Shown piece by piece: positions 23,530 to 34,904 of a DNA stretch of 46,689 nucleotides. Under the pieces are notes generated by a model. That model made no database searches and was not told the origin of the DNA. It saw only the letters and a program-made list of their open reading frames with translations. This stretch comes from Octopus sinensis (Eukaryota). The stretch is taken from the NCBI RefSeq assembly GCF_006345805.1, contig NW_021834534.1, positions 1-46,689 of the forward strand, written 5' to 3'. The position numbers were made by a program, and so were the translations under genes. Within the stretch, counting starts at the first letter, position 1. Each line of letters starts with the position of its first letter.

Positions 23530-24937
23530 TCAAAAATTACAAACGTCACAAGGACGGAGATGGTCCATGACCGTCTGGGTCTTAAGTATTTCTAAGTACT
23601 TACAACCGTCTCTCGCCTTCAACTCCTGAGTGAGATTGTCCAATGCAGCAAAGAGATTCATTTTGAGTCTAGTTTCCGATTTGAGACTATCTCCCTGCTG
23701 ACAGACCTTCTTTTCCAGAACATTCACTCGTTCTTTCAAAGAGATATACTCATTGTTCGACCCACTCAAATCCTGAGATAAAATTCAACACGGTAAACAT
23801 TTATTTGGTCTTGTAACGCATCAATGACACCCATCTGTTCTTTTATTTTGAGCTCCAAAATGCTAGCATCCGGACTCTCTAAAGTACTGCAGAATTACAA
23901 TTAGCTGGGGTACCTCTCCTTGGCCCTTTCGATCTGAATACTCTTCACTGCTAACTCAGCTAATCGGTCGAGCCACACCCTCGCTTGCCCAAGTTCGGAA
24001 ACACTAAAATATATGAAAAACCACAATTACATTCCACTCAGTTCGTCCTTATTTCCCCTTAATTCAGTCAAATATTTGCGCAATCCCCCCAGTTTAGCAA
24101 CAAACCCAGACAACCTCTCATTCTCCGCCAATCTAAAATGCAGGCGATCACAAAACCGCGAGTCATGAAGGGAGGTCGCTGTACGACATTCATTGAAAGA
24201 AACTGGGAATTCAAAGTCTCGGAATTTGTGTAGAAGATTGGCATCAGTGAGCATGGACTAGAACTAAAGGACAGCCAATACAGATAAGAGAAAGCAAGTG
24301 GAATGGAACGCCACAAGCTTAATTCTCTCTGAGAAATATTCCCTGAATAGGTGACAGGACTGGACGACTCGACAGGCAACACTGGGAATGGAGAGTGGAA
24401 GAACCTGTTGACTGCCAGAAAGTAGTAGACCGTGTTTTGAGGCATCCCTGACTCAAGGGAGAGAACGTCCCATCCGCCACTGACATGAAGGCACAGCAGG
24501 AAAGCGAGAACTGCCCTCCACAATGGCATATCTGATGAGGAATGTGATTCTTACCCGCATTGCTGATTAGTTCAGTCCAGAGGAGGGTCACCGAGAGGGC
24601 GAGAGCCAGTCGACTGTCCATAAAGAAAAGGCAGACCAGGTCGACGCATGTGATTTTAATAATAAGGAGTAGAGAAGAGATCTACACTGTCGGGTCAGAG
24701 TAATACATATCCAAATGCTCTATAGTGCAAACAAATGTCCACAAGGAAGCGGATGAACTGGACTAGGCACTCGGATCTGATGGAAAAAATGTAATTAGTG
24801 AGTATAATCGTTGTCCCAATGGTGACGAACCTCCTAAGATTGGTAATTGAGGTATTTTTTTGACTGCTGGTATGCAAAAGTTACATGTTGGATATTAGTT
24901 TATCGGAAGAATCGGGACGACGAAAATGATCAAACAT
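23530..24937 (-). CDS. MACO1: Macoilin (TMEM57), compact multi-exon
   Basis: N-terminus MFDHFRRP..NYIFSIRSECLVQFIRFL..CVDLVCLFF..LSVTLLWTEL follows the macoilin transmembrane region. C-terminus SLKSETRLKMNLFAALDNLTQEL matches LSAETRIKLDLFSALGDAKRQL. First intron is 21 nt. Confidence 0.87.
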
Positions 24938-25256
24938 TAAAGCGTCTATTCAAACTATTTCAAAGCGCTATTTTTTAATTTAAACAATATATATAAATAA
25001 CTAATCTAAATTTAATAATCTAATTTTAATAAATATTAAGTATTCACAAATACCTTTCATTTATCGATTGAGAATGTTAACGCATGACACAATTATTGTG
25101 CAATTGGAAATAACACACATCAAGTAAAAATATGAAGGTCGCATATCAGCAAGGTTAAGGTGCACCTTCACCTTTTCTACTTATTGGATGCAAGTATGAG
25201 GACGACTAATATTAAATACGCTTAAAAAAATACGCTTACTAAATGTACTTCTACAC

Positions 25257-26152
25257 AAGTGGTCCCAATTTTAAGATGTTTGCGGAACCCTTTTGCGTTA
25301 ATTTTTTTCTGCGGAACTCTTCCAATTAAATTATTAAAATTTTTATTTAAAACATAATTATTATAACCAAAAAGCAAATTAAGGTAATTTTTTATTATAG
25401 CATAGTTATGTAATGTTATAGCCGACAACTGTAACCTTATCAGCTGAAGCATTGAGTTTATTTCTATATTTTGTTTTGGTTGCACTGTAACTTTGACTCG
25501 CATAAGTAAAATGTTGGGAAAGCTAATACTGTGGGTTTAGCTCTTTCCGAGGCATCAGGATATTTAGAGATGTTTGCTCTCCAAAAATTAAACAGGGATT
25601 CATCTTTATAGATCTTTTGAATTGTATTCTGATTTCAAATAAATATGATGTTAATATTCAACTGATGTTAGTTTGAACCCAATTTTATTTTTATCAACGG
25701 AAGCCTTCCAAAATTCGATGCCTTTACTTGTCATTTAAAATAAAAATAGTTTGATATTTTCTTTGAAGCTATGTAAATTTATTAAGTTTTGCGCGAATAG
25801 AAATCAAATATGAAATTCTCTGTAGAAAAATTGTTTTCCAAATTTGAGTGAATTGGAAAATTTTGACTTTTGAGCATAATTGAACAAACGTTGCAATACT
25901 TTTCCACATGACAATCATCTTATTTCAGTATGAAAAAGGAATGATTGCATTCAACTTAGTCGCACAATATTTTGAATAGATGAGATTGGAGATTTTGACA
26001 CCAGCCTCCAAAACTTACCGAACACCAGAGCATGTCGGTGAATAATACAATGAATACTAGCACAATTTAGAGCCATTTGCTTTATCATAAAATTTATAAT
26101 AAATTTTGCGGAGCCTAAAATTGATTCCGCGGAACCCAGTTGGGAACGACTG
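25257..26152 (+). mobile_element. Degenerate hAT (Charlie-type) element
   Basis: Right end GTTGGGAACGACTG and eroded left end AAGTGGTCCCAA. 8-bp TSD TTCTACAC/CTCTACAC (7 of 8 match). GCGGAACC subterminal boxes and a weak transposase C-terminal remnant near 25900-26020. Confidence 0.68.
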
Positions 26153-26235
26153 CTCTACACGTTTATAATGAGAAGGTATCGTTTAAAGTGAATACACAAC
26201 GCATAGGAAAGATGGTCTTAAAAAGTGAAATTTAT

Positions 26236-26909
26236 TTAAATTAATGGTTTTTTAATCTTTACAGTCTGGATGGAAGGAATGGAATTGAGTTGGCAGTCCC
26301 ATTGTCTGAATTGTCAAAAAGTCGAATACTTTAATCTAGTCAAACCGGAGAGGGAAAGGACGTCAGGCACTTCTGAGAGTAAATAATTTCCCACTACCGA
26401 ATCCTGTCGAGACAAACTCGTTTAGTTCAAATTGTTTGATCAATTCAATTTTCCGTGCGCGAGAAGAATTCCTTCCCACTTGGTTAGATCTGTAAGCTGA
26501 CTGGATTTGGACCAACTCCTGGTCAAGTCGACTTAGGTAACTGCCGTGTCACACACATGTATACAGCTCAACCAGAGTGACCATCTCGGAGTAGTTCAGG
26601 GGGTCACACAACGAGGAAACCTGATTCTTGAACCACAGTATTCGCTGCGCTATCACTTAAAGTGCATAAATACCCTTTATTTCTAGTCTTTTGATTTTAT
26701 CGTCAAAAATCCTAAACTGTAACCAAATGTTTACTTGGTCCTATTCTGATTCTTTAATATTCTGGCCACTATCTTCTTGGACTTTCTACTTTTTGGATGT
26801 ACATTATTAGACAGGTTTATTTTTGACTTTGCCTATCGTTTATTTTTTAGATGCGTAAGAGAAAAACATTTACATTATGGCATTATCTTACTTAGTTAAT
26901 ACATACCAT
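26236..26909 (-). CDS. TMA16: Translation machinery-associated protein 16
   Basis: ATG-only first exon (ATG|GTATGT, 74-nt intron), then AKSKINLSNNVHPKSRKSKK..RLEIK|AQRILWFKNQ..LVEL|YLSRLDQEL..GF|EVPDVL..QWDCQLNSIPSI. Missed by the ORF track. Confidence 0.9.
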
Positions 26910-27129
26910 CACGTGCAGCAATAACGAGTATTTAAAACATTATAAAATAAATTTATAGAATATGAACTAAACTAATAAAATTTTAATAATAATTATCGAC
27001 AAACATACTCTGATGTCATCCTCAGTATTCAGTCTTGCACGATGCTTATTTTTATATTGAGAAGTGCTGAAAAGCCATGTTCACATAAATACGTTGTCGG
27101 AAGAATAAACAACAAATTTAATGCATTTT

Positions 27130-27634
27130 CAGTTACGGAAAAATAAAAATAACATATTTCGCACAAATTCGTTTATAGAAACAAACTTTGAAAGAGTAGA
27201 AAACTTAGATATTTCACATGAATTTATTAAGACCCATTTATTATTGCATGGATACTCCTTTTTATTCATACAAAGATGAGCTTGGGTAAGACTGTGCAGA
27301 GGTGAACACTTACATCTCTTTTTCATTATCCATAAAAATTACAAGTTTGATTTCCATTCGAATCTGTAAGGTACATCTTGTCGTTAATCATCATGTATTT
27401 TTTGTGCTTTTTGCAATTTTTTTGTCGGGATTTATTGTGCTTGTTCAAAATTTTAATCGTTTCTTTTTAAGGATCTGTTCAATTATTCGATATTCATTCG
27501 ACCATATTCTGTATGGAAACATCTTTTTTGATAAAGTGATATTATACGTCACACCACGTTGTTATTGACTGTCGAATAGCTGTTGAGCTACTATCGTAAT
27601 ATTGATTAAAACGCCTTTGGTTGCTCGTAGTACA
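27130..27634 (-). mobile_element. 5' remnant of a Ginger-type transposon
   Basis: Terminus reads TGTACTACGAG... inward. Downstream frames resemble the N-terminal H2C2 region (AHLCMNKKEY..EISKF). The TIR is repeated at 19395-19442. Confidence 0.55.
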
Positions 27635-28142
27635 TGGTTGGTGACATATACTTTCAAATTAAAAATTAATAATCCGAGATACAGATCTAATTATTTCAAG
27701 CATCTATTTTCACAACAAGATACTTATTTCCGTTTTCGTTATTTGTAGTGTTTTATTCAATCAACCTCACCCTCTTAGAGCTCACGTTCAGTGCACGGAT
27801 GGGCAGATTCATGTCAACACGCAGTCTAGATTCAGGGGCTACTTCTTTAACAGGCATCGATAACCCGTGCCTTGTCTTGGCTTGCATGCTTCCTAAGGAT
27901 TATTATTAATAAGCACACCGCAAAATAACGTTAGTAAAGTTATCTCGCTTGTGCCACCCTCTCCTGAAGGGGTTAGGGTTAGGGCCTTTTTCTAGATGTA
28001 TGCCTTAATTTCAAGCATACTTAGGATTCTTTAAATTACTAATTGCCAATTATTAATCATTTTAATGAATTTTATTTAATCAAAAAGAAAAAATATTTTA
28101 ATTGCGAATATTGCAAAAATAAATTGCCTATTATGAGAGAGA

Positions 28143-31020
28143 ATGGCTGATGTGGAATTGTCCGACCTTTTACTGGACCACACTCTACTCGATAACATCA
28201 TTAACGAAAACAGACCAGGTTGAATCGGAGATAATGATAGAACAGGTTTTAGATCAGTCTACATTCTCAAAAAGGCACTGCCACAATTCCGCGCAGTGAT
28301 AGGAATGGAGGAGGACCAGCTAGTGGGTGAGTCAGAAATGTGGTCAGTTTAAGCGTCCTTCCAAGAAAATGCGAAATTAATAGCCTGCTCTGTAATCGTC
28401 CTCAAAATATGTGCTTTTTTGAAATGGAATGTCGAACTGCTGTTTGAGAGGTAGAATTCACTCACACGCCAGTCTGCCCAATCACCACGTGATGTACATT
28501 GCCCTCCTTTTACTCAAACACACCCTCCCCGTTGCCGAGCACGACATGTTCCCCCACATCACTGCCCCCTTCTCTCCCGATCCTCCTCTCCTTATCTTCG
28601 CTAAAATGCTCGTCCACCGCTGGTTGTAGTGATTCCCCCATTTGAAGGATCCTCACGAGCAAATTCCACGAGAATCACAAGTTTGTGAAAGAGAAGACAA
28701 GAAGAGGCGAGATGAGTGAGTCTCCACCTGCGTTCTACTATAAACTGGTTGACTATTCGTGTCTAACATAGACCGAGTATCTGACTTCCTCCAATCAGTA
28801 TTTGTCTGACTTTTCTGCCACTTTGACGGATATTGAAATGCCCTCCTCACTTGCTTTTGTTCAACCTTCCGAACACTTTTCTGGACAAGTCCTGTTCAGA
28901 CCCGATCAGGGAATCTCCGTCGACTGTCTAGAGTTGGCACTCCTGGTTGGGCTGTTATTTGACTGTAGATTGGCCTGGATGTCGGTCGAGTCTCTTTTTT
29001 GTTGGGGAATGTGCCCCTCTCCTATTCCATATTCCAGCAGATTTCCTCCAAATATCATGAATTCGCTGGGAGAGTTTCTCCTTTGCTTGATCAATTCCCC
29101 GTTAATGAACTGCAGGCGTATTGCATCGCCTTCACCAGTGCTGACTCGTATAGTATCCCACTGCCTCAAGTCATCTCCCTCTCCTCTGAGTACAAAGAGT
29201 CCTATGCCCTCACTCGGACACAGTTGTACTTCGAAATGAGTGCTAGGTTGGACTGTGGACTTTATCTTCATGTCGGAGATCTCAATCCTAACGTATATAA
29301 AAGTGTAAGTGTTTCAGTATTCTCTCCTTGTTGTCGGATGACCATAGCATTCCACTTATCAAGCCAATGCTCTCCGAGAAAGTTCTTTCTCATTTTTCCG
29401 ATCTGCTTGTCGACGGGAACCAACCCAGAAGAATCTGCCAGTGCTGCCAATCTTCGAACTCGACCAATTATGACTCGTTTCTGTGGAGCAACGACTTTGC
29501 GACTGTTTGGGAGTTTATGAGCAGAGCGATTCCCCAGATGTCTTTCCTAATGCAAGCACTCCGATTCCTGGTTTATGATTCACAGGAGTATTTTAGTGTC
29601 CCAACGAATTGACTTGCAGGCCATCCACGGACGTTATTTCTTGTTTGGTTATAAAAGCGGTGAATAATGCAACCATTGCCCACGACTATCCCATGGCGGC
29701 TCGATTTATAAACGAAGCTGTCAAACTGGCTCAGGGAAATCAAGCCTTGTGCTATGAGTTGCTGTGGTACAGTGTGGAGATATCCTGTCTGGCTTGCACT
29801 CCCTGCCATACTCTCATTATGTCCCTTCTGTCTTCTTCTTTGGCACACAAACCAATTCCTGGACAACTCAGAGGATTGGCCACTCTCTTGACTGACTCGA
29901 ACAATTTCGCCTTCATTTCGACCAATCATCGCTCTCTCTGTCCAGCCGTCGCACTCGTCTCTGTTTTTGTCAGAGTTCTGTTAGTCATCGACAGTCCCGA
30001 CTCGACAGATCTCGAGAGTGCAGTGACGCTGGGTGTGTCTATTAGTCATGATTGTGCTAGTGTGTAGTGCCCTTGACGACTTGAATTGGCTGAATGAATT
30101 GATTGGGCATATATCGGTAGGACATGTGAGATTGTAATCCAAGAACGTGGGAGTGTTAGAGTTAGTGGGGTCTTTGTTGCTCACGCTCTACATCAAGAAC
30201 GAGGTTGGGAGTGCCACTAATAATGATAGCCCAACGTCTCTTCAAAAATGAAATACCCCCATTGCCACATGTGGAATAGCGTCAAGAACATTTGGTGAGT
30301 TGTTGTGTAATAACACAGTTGTGACGACTCCATTAACATATCCGTCGTACAACATTCATTGGACGCACTCTTTTTGAAGATGAGGTCATTAGACCAAGTG
30401 GCTTGGTTGTTTGTCGAGGCCGACTTTCAATTTTGTATTGATTTATTGACTATTGAAGTATGCGAGGAGTATGGTCGGGCGTTGGGGACGTACTGTCTGT
30501 TCGTTTGTTTGTCCAGTTCATTCTTCGACGTAGAGTTGCTTCCAAGTGTGATATCGGATGAGGCTGACATTCATTATTTATTTGTAGCTCGTACAGGCCA
30601 TGATCAAGTGCTGCAGTCTTTTAAAACTGCATTCCCAAGTGCCCCAGTGTTTTTATGTAGTAGATGGCTCTACTCACTCAGTGCCTGACAGTAATGGACT
30701 ACTCCTCTTGTTTCGCATCTCTCGAAGAGGTTGGAGGGAACGACTCCTTGGATTTCCTTCTCCAATATGTCTGGGATGTCACTATTTTAGAACACTCATA
30801 TGGTTGTGTGTCATGCTTCACTGATAGGATTGTACGTACGGTCTAACAGAGTGGGGATGAGTGAACATGTGGTTGGAGACGGTTTACTCACGTTTAGTTG
30901 AAACTGTTGAGCAATCGGGATCTCTCCCCTTTCAACTCTCCACATTTAGCTACGGCTTTCAAAACCAGTAGAATGTGTAGTTTCTTTGAGTTTATGTTTA
31001 AAATGCACTGTTTGTCTTAA
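28143..31020 (+). CDS. INTS8: Integrator complex subunit 8, multi-exon
   Basis: N-terminus LSDLLLDHTLLDNII..VIVLKICAFLKWNVELLFER..FAKMLVHRW. C-terminus MIKCCSLLKLHSQV..ALLTQCLTVMDYSSCFASLEE..DSLDFLLQYVWDVTILEH matches INTS8 RMIKCCSLLNCHTQVA..YIWDVTILEY. Middle exons not individually resolved. Confidence 0.88.
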
Positions 31021-31060
31021 AAATATATTTTAATCAAATAATCATTCTCTTGTGGTCGCA

Positions 31061-32542
31061 ATGATAGACACTCTCTACGAAGCATATAATGTCATCACCC
31101 AAGGCCAAGCAGAATATTGCTCAAGTGTATTCCCACTCCATTAATAAGAGGCATACGAGACTATTCTGAAGGCGGTTACTTTTGGTCCTCAGGAGAAAAA
31201 ACTCGCCTCCCAATTTATAGTAAGATTCTTCTCAGATTTTCCCGACCACAAAGTGGAGAGCTTCAACGCTATGCTTGACTTTCTCACAGACGATGAGTCG
31301 CAGGTTTGGACTGGTCGACAAGTCTCAGATTCGTTCCATTGCACTTACAGGCCTCCTCTCGATTTGTAAGAAGGATACGGACTTTGTGTCACGTCTGGCC
31401 AACAAATGTGCCCAGTTGTTTTTCTCAGAAATGGAAAAAACGTTGACCGGACGTACTCTTCTTCAATTATGCAAAATCGACTTTAAGAGTTGCTTCTCCT
31501 CTCCAATTTTAGTGACCATTGACGGATTTTTATTGCCTGTCTTTGCTTTCTGCCAGTCGACCCAGCTCGATTTCTTCATCGACAGAATGGCTATAATTCT
31601 ACGAGATTGCGGAAAGGAGAACGTCCAATATTTTGTCAACAAGATTGCCGGAGTATATCGCTCTTAACGATGCAGATAATTGCCGATTCTCCACTGCCGC
31701 AAGCCACCATTTGCCTTAAGATCATGAACAGTATCCCAGTCCTTTCTACACAAAGGCCAAGGATATTAGTTCCCGCATTTAAGGTTTTCTCAAAGAGTCA
31801 GATTGTTTGCTTTGTCGGTGATTCGTAGGCTTCTCCCAGCGAGAAAGAAGTGTTCGAGATGGCAGAATTTATCAAATCAAGCAATTTTGTATTTTCGGTA
31901 AGTAACATCCTTTATTTTGAATGCGAGTGAATACGCGAATGCAATTGCAGAGTATTTCGTCCCTGTTGCTCTCTCACGTCTCATTGGCTGCGACATGGCC
32001 AAGCATATCCCTCTCATTTCGTCCTTGGCAGATTTGATACTCAACTGCGACTCGAAATTGTTACAAAATTCTGCTCCCACTCTCCGGGAAGCCATCAATC
32101 TACTAGTAAAGACTACTTTGGTCGTTGTTTGTCAGGATGTATAGAGACAAGTCATGTGGATCAAGTCAGCAGATACTTCCTTGCGTCTTCTCGACTCTTG
32201 TCAGTCATGTGAAGCTCTTTTGACAGTTCTGCATCAATTTGGAAAACTGGGATTGCTCCCGTCAAACGAAATGATCACCAAGCTTTTATCTCGGTTGTGG
32301 GTCGGATATATTTCGACAGACTTCAGTACGTGGGGTTGTTGGCTCAAGCGGAGTTGAGTAGACTAAAGGGTGACACTTCAGAGCAGACGAGGACAAAAAG
32401 CCTCCGTAATATTAAGCTTATTGTTCGCGACGTCATGCACTGTCCTCCAGTTTATAAATTTACAATCATTTCGTCCTGGACTATTCCTTGCTCTGCATTG
32501 CCTGTCCTAACTTATAAGTTTGTCCTTTTGGTTGCTCATTGA
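31061..32542 (+). CDS. API5: Apoptosis inhibitor 5 (API5/AAC-11)
   Basis: MIDTLYEAYNVI..AYETILKAVTFGPQEKKLASQFIVRFFSDFP..FNAMLDFLTDDESQ|IRSIA..CEALLTVLHQFGK..RLQYVG..IVRDVMHCPPVYKFTIISSW, collinear with API5. Introns mostly 22-26 nt, with a few longer ones. Confidence 0.93.
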
Positions 32543-32953
32543 AATAGGAAGCGGTTGCCAAACGGTCATGTTGAACAAGGCAAACGCATCAAACGGGCTC
32601 GATTTTATAATTCCTTTGTTCGTTGATTTGTCTCAATTTTTTTCAAAATTAGATTAAGTAGTTGTTAGTTATTATTTCCTTTGCCGACCAAATTATGGAA
32701 TGCTTGAAGTTAGTAAAGATCAATAAATGATGTGCATTAATTAATGAATTGAGTTGCTTGTGGTCGTTTTATATTCATCGGTTTTTTCAAGATTAGAAAT
32801 AATAATTATTAGTCATAGTTGCTACATTCAACTTAGTGATCTTTTTGCATGTGTTTTTATTACCGACTTAGCATGGTTGACAAAATTGTTAGACAGTCTT
32901 GCAACAATAGTAACTGAATATTGTACAGTTATTCAAACCTTGTTAATCTAAAA

Positions 32954-33475
32954 CAGTGATTCTCAAGCTTCTTTACTCAGGGGCCGCAAATTAAAAAAAA
33001 TTACAGGGGCCGCAAATAATTTTTAACAAACATTCCGATGCAAATATTTCGATTGCCGTTTTATATAATTCGCCATCAGAATAAGGCTTCATATTTTTAG
33101 CCAATAGGTAACTAATTTTGTATGATGCCAGGTTAGTATTAGACGAATATGTGCCACTTTAAAAGTGGATCATCGCTTTAAATAATCTTCTTTCATTTGT
33201 TTTAGTTTTTTCGTCCGAGAAACACCACTAAATTTGTCATAAAGAATAGAGTGGGAACGGTAGTGCCGTTCGATTGTATACGTTTTTAAAGTTACAATAA
33301 TAGAATTGCATATTAGGTAACAAGCCTTTCCATTGATTTTAATAATGAAATATTTTTCTTCCCAGCTGTGTTGAAAAATCCTATTTTCCTCGGAAATTTT
33401 CCGAAAACGTTTAGAATTCGACATCACAACAACAAATAAAAAATAAATCCTAGGGGCCGCAGTTGAGAATCACTG
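32954..33475 (-). mobile_element. 522-bp non-autonomous hAT element (GTF2IRD2/Spin-type transposase 5' remnant)
   Basis: 13-bp TIR CAGTGATTCTCAA at both ends. 8-bp TSD ATCTAAAA/ATCTAAGA and GGGGCCGC subterminal boxes. ORF 33170-33427 RKISEENRIFQHSWEEKYF..KACYLIC..ERHYRSH is a BED-finger region. Confidence 0.9.
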
Positions 33476-34049
33476 ATCTAAGAGAAGGGCATGTCCCATA
33501 ATCTTTTTGAATGTGAGCCTTTTAAGTCATCAAAAATAGAATACAATGCCTTCAACATTTAATCATATTAACATCTAAAAAGGACCAACAATTATACAAT
33601 ATCCCCGTCCATTTCATTTCCAATTTTATTCAAAAAATTTTTTGTAACAGCATATTTGGAAAAATATCAACAACTGAAAACAACCAAAAAAAATGATTAT
33701 TTTGATAACATAAAAACTTTCAGACCTGGATTTTTGTTAAGGATTATGAAGAGTAAAACTTACCGAAATTCGTCTCTTAGACATGAAAAAAATTTTCATT
33801 TTTATTGGCGGAAAAATATGTGTGGGAAATACTAGTCGACTTCACAAGCTTGTTATTGCATTAAAAAGCACGAAGAGACATGCCCTTTCTGGAGAGCCAT
33901 CCAGAACTCTCTTCCACATCGGACAAAACCTCCATTGCTATGGTCTGGGATCACTTAGTTAGCTAGGATTTTTCTCTTTTTTTCTTTATAACCCGGTGAT
34001 TTTGGGATAACAATAAATATAGCACGAAGAAATGAAAATTATTTCTAAA

Positions 34050-34300
34050 AATCTATCAAAAAACGATTGTGGACAAAATGCTTTAGATGCAGTTGGCAGA
34101 GGAGAGTTTATGTAATCAAGCGAAAGTGAACTATCATCAAGCGAGTTTATCCAAAATCATGAGCTTAAATTTAAATAATAAATAAAACAAATGAGAAAGT
34201 CTGTTTTTATACAATAAAACGCCTCACTTATCCATTGATAAATTGTTTGTTTTATTTTTTTGTTGACGTTATTCCGTTTGAGAGATATCGAGTAATTCTT
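34050..34300 (-). mobile_element. Possible pogo/Tigger transposase C-terminal remnant
   Basis: QTIYQWISEAFYCIKTDFL resembles the pogo 'AIQWISEAW' helix. Heavily decayed. Confidence 0.35.
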
Positions 34301-34904
34301 AGATTCAATAATGTTGCACAAAATACGGAAGTAGACGCAGCAGAAGTTCAATACAATCTCGAAACATGAAATTTTAGTTTTATTTCCCAAAAGTTAATTT
34401 GGATTCTCTGTATTATGGAACAGAAAGATGGGAGTGAATAGATCAAAATATGAAATAAACATTGAAAATATTTTATTTATTTTATAATTAGCTAGAAGGT
34501 TTGTATTCAGAAAGATTATGAAACGAATCCTCTCCTTATTTACTAAAGTTTCAACAACCATACCGAAAAAATCTAACTACTGTTAAAAATAGTTAAAAGT
34601 GATTAATTTGTCAGTATTTTTCTATTAAACAATCGTTAATTTTTGAATTAACATTGATGATAGCTGTCATGGTTTTACTCTCGGCGCGAATTCAATAGCG
34701 TTTCGCAACATATCATTAACAATATTTTGTTACTTTTATTGTTTAGTCTCATTTTAAGTATACAGATTGGAATATTTTCGTCTATTTACAGTCTCTTTTA
34801 GTATTCCTCTTAAACTTTTAATTTGTACTTGTAGTATTATTAGATAATGCCTCCAAAAAAATCAATGTGGGAATATATATAAGCAATTAGTAGTACAACT
34901 GCAA

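Noticed and set aside
26650-26673. 18-nt intron in TMA16
   Set aside because: A 24-nt intron using the next AG is also in frame and matches the length of the human protein better.
27965-27985. GGGGTTAGGGTTAGGG telomere-like repeat; also GTTAGGGTTA near 4688
   Set aside because: Only about two units with no array or subtelomeric structure; compatible with chance or a tiny healed break.
33484-33890. Inverted GAAGGGCATGTC / GACATGCCCTTT about 400 bp apart
   Set aside because: An 11-of-12 match with no TSD or internal transposon signal.
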